NCBI RefSeq assembly: GCF_009914755.1
Contig: NC_060935.1
Length of the DNA stretch: 64,000 nucleotides
Reading direction: 5' to 3' (one strand)
Origin: the human T2T-CHM13v2.0 reference genome, Homo sapiens
Part shown: in pieces, positions 14,040 through 29,425 of the stretch
How the letters are laid out: every line of letters begins with the position of its first letter
Numbering within the stretch: position 1 is the stretch's first letter
Made by a program: the position numbers and the translations under genes
The notes under the pieces: model-generated
The model's database searches: none
Seen by the model: only the letters and a program-made list of their open reading frames with translations
Told to the model about the DNA's origin: nothing

Positions 14040-14800
14040 AGAACAAATAAAGCTCACAAAGTGTTTTTCATTGCAACTTGATGAATACACAGACATTGCT
14101 AACGTGATAATTATTTTTTAAATGTGTGATTAGAACATGACAGTGACGTGAAGGAAGAATTATTTTTTCGACTTTCTTGATGACAAACCTAACTCTCAAC
14201 CTTACATAAAATTGTGAAAAATACAATATCAACAAACACAGTTTAGGGTTTAAGTTTGGTGTAAAAGCATGTTCTGGTGGAATAGTAACAGACAGGTAAA
14301 TATTACTTAGCAAAAGTGAAAGAGCTAGTTTGCAAAATTAAAGAACTTACACAGAATGTAAATCAAAAGGTTTTCAAGGGAAAAAAAGACAATTAAACTG
14401 AATAATATATTTAGTGCTGTAATAAGAATGGGATTATAACTAGCTTAATGTGGTAAATACTAGATTATTCTCTTTATTGTGTGGTAACATGGAAACTGAT
14501 CAGAAACAAGGAGTTGCCGCCTGATGAGGAGCAATAGCTATGAAGGTGAACGTTTCTATTGAGATGTTTGCCCTGTGGGATGAACTTTTAGTGTTTCTGC
14601 AGAATCAGAAACCTGTTTGGTTCTGCCAGATTTTCTTACCTGGCTATCTTTGTTATTTTCAATATTCTTAATATGTCATGTAACATGTTCTTTCACAGTA
14701 AGTAAGTTTTAGAGGCACATAATGAAGTTAGAAGTTTGGAAGAACAGAATTTGTATAGAACAATTAACATATTTTTATAATAAAAATTTTCAATAAAATA
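14040..14800 (+). mobile_element. Decayed hAT/Charlie (Buster-type) transposase fossil; boundaries approximate
   Basis: 14041-14103 reads EQIKLTKCFSLQLDEYTDIAN (Buster FSLQLDESTD catalytic motif). 14462-14509 reads RLFSLLCGNMETDQKQ. Confidence 0.75.
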
Positions 14801-14929
14801 ATTGATGAGCTTATATTACATATCTGTAAAAAGTTATCACTATACCCCTTGCTAATTTAATAGAATGTTTGAATTTTATTTCCTATCCAAAAAAATCCAC
14901 ACATAGGAAGTTCATGAATTCAGAATCTA

Positions 14930-15277
<348 letters not shown>

Positions 15278-16812
15278 TGAATTAAATTTAACTATAAATG
15301 TATAGGATAAATTGTTGAAACTGGCTACTAATTAAGCATTGAAGATAAATTTTAAAAATATAGCCTGCTTGGCTAATTTTTTAAAAAATATAAAAATAAT
15401 TGTCTTGAAAATGACAAAATGTCTCTAAAATCATTTCTTTTATTCCTATTAACAGACCTTTGGGAGACAAGTTATCCTACTACAAACATTAGAAAAGCAA
15501 AAGCTAACACAAACACACACAAAAATAGTTTAATTATAAATTATAAATTATTGCCTGCAAGTAGCATTGTCATCAGTACAACCTGAATTAGATAAATTAA
15601 CAAGCAGGATGCAAGTTCACTTGACATAATTTTAAAGGTTAACATAAACTGTATTATTCTTCCACCTGTGTGTCTAGACTTTTAAGATAAGGCTTTCACT
15701 ATTTTACTTAAAACTTTTTTGTTTAACTATAATTGCAGAATGACAAAATCTCATGTGTCTAATATAAAATCTAAGTCCTCTACATTAATCGCCCATATGC
15801 ACACTTTCAAAGAACAATGTATGCAATTTTGGGGAGTACTTTAATTATTTTCTATGTTTTCTTATACTGGTTATACTTATTGAAAGCTTTCTATGTCTTT
15901 CAAATATAATAGTAAAAGCAAGGCTTGAATTTTTTTGCAACTCTGTAGTGATTAATTATGATAAGCATTTTTTCATATGTTTGCTGGACACTCATATATC
16001 TTCTTTTTGGAAATGCCTGTTCATATCTTTTGCCCATTTTTAATGGAGTTTTTTGAGTTTATGCTTGTTCAATTGTTTAAGTTTCTTATATAACCTGGAT
16101 GTTAGACTTTGGTCAGATGCATTGTTTCAAATATTTTCTCCCAGGCTGTTTGTTTGCACTATTGACAGTTTCTTTTACTGTGAATAATCTATTTGGCATA
16201 ATTAGGTCCTATTTGTCAATTCTGGGTTTTGTTGCAATTGTTTTTGAGGACTTAGTCATAAATTCTTTCCCAAGGCCCATGTCCAGATGGTGTTTTCTAT
16301 GTACTCTTTTAGGATTCTTATAGTTTGAGGTCTTACATTTAAATTTTAAATTCATCTTGACTTAATTTTTGTATATAGTAAAATGTAGGGTTCCAGTTTC
16401 ATTCGTCTGCATATGGCTAGCCAGTTATCCCAGCACCACTTATTAAATAGGGTGTCTTTTTCCTGTTACTTATTTTTGTCAACTTTGTTGAAGATCAGAT
16501 GACTGTAGATATGTGGCACTATTTCTGGTTTCTCTATTCTGTTCCATTGGTCTATGTGTCTGTTTTTATACCAATACAATGCTGGTTTTGTTACTGTAGC
16601 CTTATAGTATAGTTTGAAGTAAAATAATGTGATGTCTCCAGATTTGTTCTTTCTCCTTAGGATTGATTTGACTATTCAGGCTTTTTTTTAGTGCCACATG
16701 AATTTCAGAAGAGTTTTTTCTAATTCTGTGAAAAATTAAATTAGTAATTTGATAGAAATATCATCAATTCTGTACGTTGCTTTGGTCAGTATGACCATTT
16801 TAACAATATTGA

Positions 16813-17210
<398 letters not shown>

Positions 17211-17263
17211 TTGTAGTTGTTCTTTTAAAGATCTTTCAACTCCTTCATTGGTTGTATTTCTAG

Positions 17264-17265
<2 letters not shown>

Positions 17266-17300
<35 letters not shown>
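17266..17300. repeat. (TG)n microsatellite
   Basis: About 17 TG units. Confidence 0.95.
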
Positions 17301-17301
<1 letters not shown>

Positions 17302-18592
17302 ACGTGTGGCTAATATAAATGGGATTGTGTTCTTGCTTTGGCTCTCAGCTTGGACATTATCAGTATGTAGAAATGCTACTGATTTTTGCACATTAATTTT
17401 GTATTCTGAAACTTTAAGATGTTATTTATCAGTTCCAGGATCCTTTTGGTGTAGTCTTTGGGGTTTTCTAGATTAAAAAAAAAACACATATCATCAAGGA
17501 GAGATAGTTTGACTTTTTTTTTTCTCTTTGGATGCCTTTATTTTTTTCTCTTGCCTAATTGCTCTGGCTAAGACTTCCAGTACTATGTTGAATAGAAGCG
17601 GTCAGAGTAGCATTCTTCTTCTTGCTCTAGATCCCCAGGAAAATGCTTCCAGCTTTTTTCTGTTCAGTATGATGTTGGCTGTGGGTTTGTCTTAGATGGC
17701 TCTGTCATTTTGAGGTATATTCCTTCAATGCCTAGTTTCTCAAGGGTTTTTATCATGGAGAAATGTTGGATTTTGTCGAAAGCTATTTCTGCATCTATTG
17801 AGATGACTATACAATTTTTGGTTTTAATTCTGTTTATGTCATATGTTTAGACATATGATTGATTTGCATATGCTGAAGCAACCTTGCATCCCAGGAATTA
17901 AGTGTACTTGATCATGGTGAATGAAATTCTTGATGTAGTACTGGTTTTCACTTGCTAATATTTTGTTGAGGATTTTTGCATCTATGTTAATCAGGGATAT
18001 AGGCCCACAGTTTTTTGTTGTTGTTGTATCTTTGCCAGGTTTTGGTATCAAGGAAATGTGGCTTCATAGAATTAGTCAGAAAGGTGTATCTTCTTGATTT
18101 TTTGGAATAGTTCCAGTTGAATAAATATCAGCTCTCCATTGTATGTCTGGTAGAATTTGGCTATAAATCCATCTGGCCTAGGGCTTTTCTTGGTCGGTAG
18201 GGTGTTTTTTAATCACTGATTCAATTTTGCAACTTGACATTGGTTGGTTCAGTGTTTCAACTACTTCCTGATTCAATCTTGAGAGATGGCGTGTTTCCAG
18301 GAAACTTATCCATTTCCTCTAGATTTTCTAGTTTGTGTGTGTGGAGGTGTTCATAAGAGTCTCTGGGGAACTTTTGTATTTCTATGGGATTGGTTATAAC
18401 GCCACTTTTGTTTCTGGTTATGTTTATTTGAATCTCTCTTTTTTTCTTTTTAAATCTAGCTAACAGTCTATTAATCTTGTTTATCCTCCAAATAACCAAA
18501 TTTTGATTTTGTTGATTCTTTGTAAGCCTCACATTATTCTTCTGAACACAGAAGTTACCTCTATTGTCATTGATATATAACATAAAGCATAT

Positions 18593-18830
18593 GGTCAGGA
18601 GATCAAGACCATCCTGGCTAACATGGTGAAACCCCATCTTTACTAAAAATACAAAAAAATTAGCTGGGCGTGGTGGCGGGCACCTGTAGTCCCAGCTACT
18701 TGGGAGGCTGAGGCAGGAGAATGGTGTTAACCTGGGAGGCGGAGCTTGCAGTGAGCTGAGATCGCGCCACTGCACTCCAGCCTGGGCAACAAAGCGAGAC
18801 TCCGTCTTAAAAAAAAAAAAAAAAAAAAAA
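18593..18830 (+). mobile_element. 5'-truncated AluY
   Basis: Starts ggtcaggagatcaagaccatcctggctaac; TSD aaagcatat. Confidence 0.93.
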
Positions 18831-19469
18831 AGCATATATTCAATATTTGGCCTAGATACAAGTTGCAGGTATCTGGGTTAACATAAGGGCAAATGGGACT
18901 GAGGGGTGAGTAGGACTAAAATCCCAGGGGCTACTGAAATGGAATAATAAATATCTAAAGAATGGTTAGATGTGGAAAGTCTAGAAGAGAAGATGTTAGG
19001 AACTTGTTCATTGATTCTTACAATTTGTAGAATACCATACTAGATTCTGTGGATGAGAAGATAAAGTAAGTCACAACTCCCCTACGGATGGAGTCTCCAG
19101 TGTAAGAAACTGGGAATTTGCACAAAGGGAAGATATATAGGATAAGATAATTTGTGTGTTGTAAAGTTACCTACTGATTTTTAGATAATTACTATGTTTT
19201 AGTCCAAACCAGAACTTGTAATTTCATTCATGGTCTAAGAATGGGACGGAAAACTTGCAACCTTCCTGACCAGAAAGAATAATTGTCACCTAGGGTGGTA
19301 AATGTGAACTTGTGGGAAGCAAAACTGAGCCTAACCTGTTTTCTACTCCTATAAACCATAAAAATGTGGGAGGATTTTAAATGACAAACTGATAAGCTCA
19401 GGTTTAAACACAATGGGTCTGAGGTGAGAATGACAGCACTAATTAGTAAAGACACTAACATATTATTGT

Positions 19470-20398
19470 GAAGTATGTTCTTATACCTAGCTTGTTAAGG
19501 TTTTTTTTTTTATTGTGAAGGGATGCTAAATTTTATCAAATGCTTTTTCTACATCTATTGTTCTGTCCTTAATTCTGTTTATGTAATGAATCACCTTTAT
19601 CATTTTGTGTATGTTGAAACATCATTGCACCCCAGGAATAGAACCCACTTGGTCACGATGTTTTGTTTTTGATGTGCTGTTGGATTCATTTTGCTAGTAT
19701 TTGTGTGAGGATTTTTGTGTCTATGTTCATTAGAGATATTTACCTCAAAATAATAAAGGGCACATATGAGAAACCCATAGCCAACCACATACCGAACAGA
19801 GAAAATTTTAAAGCATTCCCTCTAAGAACTGGAACAAGACAAGGATGCCAATTTTTACTACTCCTATTCAACATAGTACTGGAAGTCATAGGCAGAAAAA
19901 TCAGGCAGGAGAAAGAAATAAAAGCCATCCAAATCAGAAAGGAAGAAGTCAAATTATCTCTTTATGCTAACAACACGATTTTATATATAGAAAACCCCAA
20001 AATTCTGTCAAAAAACTCTAGATTTAATAAATGAATTCAGTAAAGTTTCAAGATACAAACCAACATACAATAATCAGTAGCATTTCTATATACCAATAAC
20101 AATAAAGCAGAGAATCAAATCAAGAAGGCAATCTCACTTACACTAACTACCAAAAAACATGCCTAGGAATACATTTAACCAAGGAGGTTAAATATCTCTA
20201 CAAGAGGAACTACAAAGCACTGATGAAAGAAATTGTAGATGACACAAACAAATGAAAAAATAACCCATGCTCATGGATCAGAAGAATTAATATTATTAGA
20301 ATTTATGGATACACTAAAAGCCCGTACTTCACCACTATGCAATATGTCCATGTAATAAAAGTGCACTTGTACCTTTTGAATTTATACAAACAAAAAAA
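19470..20398 (+). mobile_element. 5'-inverted, internally deleted L1 (L1PB-like 3' end)
   Basis: Antisense ORF2 at 19470-19740, sense ORF2 at 19741-20300 ([13 protein letters not shown]), then a jump to the 3' UTR and A tail. Confidence 0.85.
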
Positions 20399-20984
20399 TA
20401 CTAACGTAGCAGCTAATATTAAAATAGCATTTTGCAATCTGCAAAGCACATTTATCTACATTTCTTAATCCTAGTCATCCTATGAGCTGAGAAAGATCAC
20501 ATATAAAAACTAAAGTATAGCATAACAAGCAAAAAGTTTATATAGTCATAGAAATAAATGAATCCTCCTGGGGAAGAGGGTAGAAAAATAACAGCAGATG
20601 ATTGAGCCAGAGATAGAGGGTGGAAGGAGGAATAGGAGACTATATAGACATCAGTTTCTTTTTCACTGGGGTTTCTTGGGCTATTTGTCTTTCATGAGAG
20701 CCATTCATGTGTATTAGTGAATAATCATGGGTTTCAACACCTACCAGGATGAAAGGAGTGTGTACTTTTAAATTATCTCAACTCTGTATCAATTTATTAT
20801 TCCTTCCATAAACTTAAAAAATATTATATCTTGGTCAATCCGTGTTCTCAGCAACATGGTAATAACCAGAAGAGAATAACAGAATACTAGAAAATCTTCT
20901 GGTATCTGTGGGCACTTTTGTAAATTGGCACAGAGAGCAGAACTCTCATACAGTCAGATGTGGCTTAATTTTAAGTAACTAGAG

Positions 20985-21362
20985 TTCACATTGAAGTAGA
21001 TGGTACAATGGTGGTTACCAGACTGGGGAGTGGACAGGAAAAGGGAAGATATTAGTCAGTGTTCAAATTTTCAGTTAGACTAGAGGAATATGTTCTAGTG
21101 ATCTATTGTACCCTATGGTGGCTATAGTTAATAATAATGTATTGAATACTTCAAAATTTCTAAAAGAATAGATGTTAAATGTTCTTACCATAAAGAAATA
21201 AGTATATAAGGTGATGAATAACTTAATTAGCCTGATTTAATCATTCCACAATGTATACATGTATAATCACGTCACATGTGACCCCATAATATATACAATT
21301 TATGTTTGTCAATTAAAAATTTAAAAATAACTGAAATGTAAATTAATTAAAACTTTAAAAAA
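20985..21362 (+). mobile_element. L1MA 3'-end fragment
   Basis: atggtggttaccag...tagttaataataatgtattg...tttgtcaattaaaaa. Confidence 0.8.
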
Positions 21363-21994
21363 GAACTAGAGATTATAAAAACCATAAAAGTAGGCTCTGA
21401 TCTTCCCAGATTTTTTTCCCTTCCTTTGGAGTCTATTTTCATAAGCATGAGGCCGTGTTTAATGAGAATATCACTGAACTGGGAGTTAGCAGATTGTATT
21501 CTAGCTCCATATTAATAACTTCCTTGCTGTGTGCCTTGGAAAAGTTATTTATACTTTTTGATCTTCAGTTTCCTCTTCTGAGAATGAGATTTGGATAGTT
21601 TCAGTTCCACAGGATCTGGCCCTACCCCTCCCCATCCCTCATGCCCTATCCCCTCCCTGGATCCACTCTGCTGCAGCCGCTCTGGCCTTGTTTCTATCCT
21701 CAATTCATGTCAAGCTCTTTTCAGCCCGAGAGTATTTTCATTTGCTGTCCTCTCTGCCATTGTCCTCCAGGCCAGTTTTAGTCCATCATCTTATTCAACT
21801 TTATTTTTTTCATTTATTATATTAATATTTTTAAGCAATGAACTAATTTCTTTGTTTTATTGCTTATCACTCTCCCAAGAATATAAAATCCATGGAAGCA
21901 AGGCAGAGACGCCTCATAATCCCAAATGCTTAGAACACTATCTAAAATACAGAAGGTCCTCAATAAATAGTTTCCAAATGAATGGATGATTTTC

Positions 21995-22695
21995 TTTTTT
22001 ATAATTTTACTTTTGCTTTTAAGTTCTAGGATGCATGTGCAGGTTTGTTACGTAGGTAAACTTGTGTCATGGGGGTTTGTTGTACAGATTATTTCATCAT
22101 CCAGATATTAAGCCTAGTACCCATTAGTTATTTTTCCTAATCCTCTCCCTTCTCTCATCCTCTACCCTCTGATAGGCCCCAGTATGTGTTGTTCCCCTCT
22201 ATGTGTCCATGTGTTCTCATTATTTAGTTCCCACTTATAAGTAAGAACATACAGTATTTGGTTTTCTGTTCCTGTGTTAGTTTGCTAAGGATAATGGCCT
22301 CCAGCTCCATCCATGTTCCTGCAAAGGACATGATCTCATTGTTTTTTATGGCTGCATAGTGTTCCATGGTGTATATGTACCACGTTTTTTTATCCAGTGT
22401 AACATTGATGGGCATTTGGGTTGATTCCATGTCTTTGCTATTGTAAATATTGATGCAATGAACATATGCATGCATGTGTCTTTATAATAGAACCATTTAT
22501 ATTCCTTTGTATATACCCAGTAATGGGATTGTTGGGTCAAATGATATTTCTGTCTTTAGGTCTTTGAGAAATTGCCACACTGTCTTCTACAATGGTTGAA
22601 CTAATTTACACTCCCACTCTCAGTGTATAAGTGTTCCTTTTTCTCCATAACCTCACCAGCACCTGTTTTTCTTTTCACATTTTAATAACAGCCAA
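21995..22695 (-). mobile_element. 5'-truncated L1PA 3' end
   Basis: Antisense L1 3' UTR and ORF2 end; TSD gaatggatgattttc on both sides. Confidence 0.93.
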
Positions 22696-23935
22696 AGAAT
22701 GGATGATTTTCAAAACAGGATTTATTGGAGAAACTTTATTGTTCAAGTAGAATCTTACCTAAGTGCTTGATACACAAGCAAAACTAGATAATATCAGATC
22801 TGCTGTGATTGTGGAAAAATAAGACAAGAAACTTCCTTCACATAAGCCTTGAGATGCACCTTAAAGCAACCTCTCAGAGTCCAGCTCTTTAGGATTACCT
22901 CGGAAACCACTGGGATAGATCAACTCTACATTTAATAACAGTTTATGATTATGCTTCTAATTTCCTTCTTTGATCTCAACATATAGTATTTTCTCAGTTC
23001 CAATGCTTACAAAATTTGGATGCGTTTTTCCATGGATGTGTTACTTTATTGTAGTTTTCCCATCCTCATTCCCTCTCCTCACTGTAAAAATGTGTCTTGC
23101 AATCAAGGAACTGCAGTATATAGAACAGTGTTCCACAGATCCTCTAACTAGTATGGTTACATTATTACTTTAGTTTCTAAATGTACAGAAGTCTAATCTG
23201 TGTACTGTGAGAAGTCCAGCTCTTGACTCAAATCTCCAACTATTTTGAGGGGTTATGTTCTCCCAGTACTACCACTGCAGCTCACTTTCTCAATGCATCT
23301 TGGGGCCTAGAAGCAACTCTCCTCTCCCAGCACCAAAGCCAGCAACCCTACCATTCATTGATCAATATGCTAATTCACTCATTCCCTTCATAGCACTGCT
23401 GATATAACATTATTTTAGCAGGCTTGTACTGAAGGCTCTTCAATTTTTCATATTGTGTGTGCATAGGGAGGAAACATTTAAAGGGAATTACAGTGAAACA
23501 TAAAAGGAAGATAATTAGAATCAAATGTTATCATTAATGTCCTAAATATCCATCTGGTAATCCTCTCACTGAGAAATTTCTCACTGATCTTTTTACTTTT
23601 ATTCCCTCTTCCTCAGTGTTTCTGTTTTACTTAACAAACTCACTTATAATAGCTGCAAATCTCAATTTCCAAATTTTTATCTCTTTTTCAATTTAGAGTA
23701 ATTTTGCTCTGTGTTTTCATCTCCTTCTTCCTGATCATATTCTGTACAGCCCCCTATTTCACAAGCAAAGAAGTCATCAAGGATTTTTTTTTATACATAG
23801 GACCATCATTGTCATACAGATCATGCCACATTCTTGGCACATGAAAGCAGTTTCAGGTAGTTCTTGCTTTAAAGAGCATTTGCCATTTCACTCTTTCTAC
23901 ATTTCTGTACACTATAAACTTATCCTAGTAAAACA

Positions 23936-24898
23936 TCATCCTGTACCCTTAGAAAACAAAAGTATAACCTTATCTCTGATCTGCTTGGTCTTCACTCCGT
24001 AAACCATGGGGTTGAGTGCAGGTGGGATAACAATGTAGAGATTGGCAAACATGATGTGGAAGGTGCGAGAGACATTGTGTCCAAAGCGATGGGCGAGGAT
24101 GGAGAAAAAGGCAGGTGTATAAAACATGAGGATGACACAGACATGAGAACCACAAGTGCCGAGGGCTTTCTGGCGGGCATCTTGGGAGGGAAGGCAAAAG
24201 ACAGCACAGAGGATGTGTGCGTAGGAAACAGCAATGAGAATCACATCTGAGATGACTGTCATGATGGGAACACAAAAGCCATACCAGAAGTTGATGGAGA
24301 TATCAGCACAGGCGAGCTGGGCAACACCTATATGCTCACAGTATGTGTGGGGTATGATGCGTGTCCTGCAGAAAGGCAGGCATGTCAGCAAGAATACATC
24401 TGGCAGGATGATGCAGAAGCTTCGAAAGGAGATGCCCATAGCACTCTTGATGATGGTCTTGGGAGTCAAGATGGTGGTATATCTCAAGGGAGAACAGATA
24501 GCTACATAGCGATCAAATGCCATGGCCATCAGAATGGCTGAATCCAGGACAAAGTTATAGTGAAGGAAGAACATTTGTGTAAGGCATCCTGGGAATGTGA
24601 TTTCGCGAGCCCCTAGCCAAAAGATACTGAGTGTTTTAGGCACACCAGCTGTGGACAAGATGAGGTCAGTCATGGCCAGCATGGAGAGAAAGAAGAACAT
24701 GGGTTCATGAAGACTATGCTCCACCACAATGAGGTAGAGAAGGATGCAGTTTCCCACAACAGCTACAATGTAGATGATACAGAAGGGAATTCCAATCCAC
24801 ACATGGAATTGCTCCAGGCCTGGGATCCCTACCAGAATGAAGGGTCCTGGATTGTAACTGCTCAGGTTGAAAATGATCATGGCAGAGGCAGATGGCAT
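23936..24898 (-). CDS. OR52H1: Olfactory receptor 52H1, intact, 320 aa
   Basis: Single-exon ORF MPSASAMIIFNLSSYNPGPF... with LHEPMF, MAFDRYVAIC, HTYCEH, KALGTCGSH and PPALNPMVY. Confidence 0.97.
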   Translation of the reverse strand: MPSASAMIIFNLSSYNPGPFILVGIPGLEQFHVWIGIPFCIIYIVAVVGNCILLYLIVVEHSLHEPMFFFLSMLAMTDLILSTAGVPKTLSIFWLGAREITFPGCLTQMFFLHYNFVLDSAILMAMAFDRYVAICSPLRYTTILTPKTIIKSAMGISFRSFCIILPDVFLLTCLPFCRTRIIPHTYCEHIGVAQLACADISINFWYGFCVPIMTVISDVILIAVSYAHILCAVFCLPSQDARQKALGTCGSHVCVILMFYTPAFFSILAHRFGHNVSRTFHIMFANLYIVIPPALNPMVYGVKTKQIRDKVILLFSKGTG

Positions 24899-26297
24899 AA
24901 ATCTCAGCCCCTAAAGACAGAGGGTGATTAAGGGTAGAGAAACTTGAGTAACTCTCAAACTTTCAACTAATTATCATTATTGCCTCCTGAAGATAAAGTG
25001 ACCATATAATTTGTCATCCAAAATAGAACCCGTTTGAAATGAACAAAGGTTAAAATTAGTAATAATGGTAGCAACATGCAAAAACCAAGATTGTTCCAGA
25101 TACAAATAGATACATTATTAAACTACCTGAAGAGAATCTTTTCTTTCTTCTGACCTCCCCCAGCAGTTTGCACAGCTTCTACAGGAAGCCTTCCAGACTG
25201 GTTACACTCTTCGTTATACACTGTTCTCCCATACAAGTTAACAAAGTACAGAATACACTTTTTCATGGTGGATTATAGCTCATATGACCTTATGGACATC
25301 ATTGTTTAGGATCTGCTTGCTCTGTCATTGTGAATTATCTGTCTCTGCCCCCAAGACAACTGTTTGCTTCTCTTAAAGCTACCTGATGACTGTGGCTCTT
25401 ACATTTGTAAGATCAGCACCCCTTTATTGCCATCTAAAAACCTAATTCAGTTCAGCAAACACCAGATGAGTTCCTACACTATGCTGGATAACATGTGTAA
25501 GTCAGATTTAAACTAAAAAATTCCCTTATAGCTGAGGTTCACTAGCCTTTCTCCTCAAAAAAAAAAAAAAAATTCAATAGTTTTCCAACACTTTATATAC
25601 TACGTAAGTGAATAATATTCTAATACTGTGGACTTAGTGACACTATCAGTCAAGGTTTCTGTCCAAAAGAAGGACTGCTTTTTTGTGAACATACATCTAT
25701 TAGAGAGACACATCGACCCAAGACACATACTCTCTCAAACACAGACCCTTAATACTTACATTCTCAGGCATATCCAGACCTACACTTACATTCTGTCATA
25801 TATTTTGCCACCATATATTTACCCATACATAATCTTACACAATTACAAGCCCCCCGTCCTCCCATCTTCCCCCGACACATATGCTGACAATATAAACAAA
25901 ATGTTTCACAATTAGATTTTGTCACTGTCACAGGCTTTGTAAATTCCTAAAACCTCTCCACTGGTCCTATACCTTCTTCCCCAGTAATGCCTCTATAACG
26001 ACTCACAGCACTCCCAACTTGTCTGAGGTCATCCTTTATTCATACATATGTGAGGAAAGGTTTTCTCAAGTTTTTGTATTTCCATGAACTCAAATACAAC
26101 AGATGTTCATGAAGTCATCCAAAAGCATTCACAAACACACACGGGTGCACAGACGGTTAACTCTCAGGGTTCTCATTTAACAATCAGACAAATCCACAAT
26201 GTGGAAAAATCTACAACAATCTGTTTTCTTTTTTCAAGTCAATGCCATTAAAGGGGGAAGGGGAATATTAGATAAGGAAAATCCATTTCCAGATTAA

Positions 26298-26645
<348 letters not shown>

Positions 26646-27008
26646 TAGTTCTTGATTGAATTCTGTTTAAACAAACCAGGTATTGAATTCAATTAATGAA
26701 TAGTTAGGGAAACTTAAATATGGACTAGGTATTGAGTGATATAAAGGAACTAGTGTTAATTTTATCAGCAATAATTATGGTATTATGGTAGATACACATA
26801 CATACTCTCAGGCATCCACAGTATGTTAGCAAAATATTGGCACAGAGCATGTACTCTGGAGCCTCAGAAAGCTAGGTTTCACAATTTAATCCTGGTTCCA
26901 CAATTTACTAGCTATGTGAATCTGGGCAAGCTATTTAAACTACATGATATTTGGGTTCCTATGTTTTTAAAAGAAATTAATATTTCTAATTTTTATAATT
27001 ATTATTAG

Positions 27009-27327
<319 letters not shown>

Positions 27328-28444
27328 GAAAAATATTCTTTAATATAGTACCTGAAACATAGTAAGCATGTAACAAGTTTTACTTCTTTATATTAGGTTA
27401 TATTTTATATCATTAGTATTATCATTAACAACCAGACCATGCAGTGGAAAAGAGAACAGAAATTGCAAGATGGATAAAAATTAACAGGAGCACCCCTGGG
27501 CATACACACATACCAGCACACTTAATTCTACATTTTAAGTTAGAGTTATGGACTCTTGTCACATGTCTGAAACAGAAATTTCCTAACACTGCTAACTGTG
27601 GTCACACTTAACGCAGCTGTGTAATTGTCCATCTGTTCTGATCTTTTGATGCTTAACTCAGTGGAGCATATACACAAGTACTGGAGATCAGGACCTCAGT
27701 TTATAAATGGGAGTTGCTCAGGAAAGAAAATTATAGTGCCCAGCCCATGGTCCCTAAGAAATAGAGCCCTGGCTTTTCACTCACTTTCTCTAAGTCTTGT
27801 CCCAATCAAACCCCTTCAAACAGCCAATACTCACCAAATCTTGGGGATCAGGCCAAAGGGAAAGAAGAAAGAGTGTGTTGACAAAATCTACAAGACAGCA
27901 GACACACCAACCAAAAAAAAACATGAGTGGAAGGAAAAGGAAGGACGTTAGAGAGGTTGATTCCCTGTCCATTTATTTTCTCTGATCACTCACTGCTCCT
28001 TGTGGGGAAAAGGTAGGTAGTTAGGGGATTAGAGACTCTGACATGCCCTCTTCTCACCCTCAAGGGAAGAAGATGAAAAAGATTCTATTAACCTTGTTCA
28101 TGCCTTTGAGTTAACACTGCCTTAGAGTGCTTTATTTATTTATTTATTTGTAAGCTGATGTGTATGTGGGTGGAAAGCTGTGTGTATGTGCCTATCATAT
28201 CACCCAGGTTTCAAGTTCATGCCCTCACTTACCAGATAAAGGACTTTGGATGAGTTACTTAATTTCCATTAAAAGGTGGTCATATTAGTACCTGTCTCTC
28301 AAGATTTTATAAGGATTGACAAATTAATAGGATACTGCTAGTGAAAATGCTTAACATATCGGCAAACTTATGGTGTAAAGGAATAACCTAGGGCACCTGT
28401 TAAGATGAAAATTATATGGCCCACATGAAATAATTCTAATATTA

Positions 28445-28682
28445 TCTTTTAAAAATTCCAGTGGCTTTAGGGGTACAAGTGTTTTTTGATTACATGGGTG
28501 AATTGTATAAGGTTGAAGTCTGGGTTTCTAGCGTACCTGTCACCCATATTGCGTAGATTGTACTCAATAGGTGATGTTTCATCCCTCACCCCTCTCCTAG
28601 CTTCTCCTCTTCTGGGTCTCCAATGTCCATTATACTACTATGTGTGCCCTTGCATACCTATAGCTTATCTCCCACTTATAAT
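28445..28682 (-). mobile_element. L1 3'-end fragment
   Basis: gggtacaagtgtttttgattacatgg...tagcttatctcccacttata. Confidence 0.75.
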
Positions 28683-29425
28683 TTTTAAAACATTAAACTT
28701 CATTAAACATTTTTATTGGTAAAAACAATATGAGCAAATAAAATATATTCTTATGGAGAAACTGTTAGGTCTACCAGCTGGTACTGTCAGGAATTTCTGC
28801 AAGTCCAGATATCAATTTTTACCTAAGAGGCTTTTACCCAACAATTCTGAAAGCCAAGTCAGTTTTTGTCAATGTTTGTCAAACGTTTGCTAAATATTGT
28901 TGAATGTGTTAATTAATAAAGATTGCCAGGAGTCCACTCAGTACTCTGAATGTTCTAGAATATCTGGAATAAACCAGAACTAATGAGATTAGTATTGTAT
29001 TGGCTCCCAACAGAATTTTTACCTTTCGCTGAATAAAAATTGAGGTTGCTTCACCTCTCTATACTAGGATAAGGGACTGAAGAGTCACATGAACTTGTGT
29101 ATTCTGTAAGAATGTGATTAATTGCATCACTTACTGCCTATTCTTTAAGAGCTTTCTAAAGATATTTCTCCATTCTTCATATAAGAAGTAGTTTTGCTTC
29201 TCTAACAATTAACTGTCTGTAACTTATAGCCATCATGAATTATGTAGCTAATCATGTTTAACTCTCACATAGACTGTTAGAAAGCTTACAGCTCAATTTC
29301 TGACCCACATATAATAAGAGAACAAAAATTCATAGCAGGTGGAAAGTGTATTTTCGGCCTATTTTTTGTCTTAATTTTTAAAAATCTTTCTACTTTTCTT
29401 TTTGCCTTTTCTATTTATACTTTGT

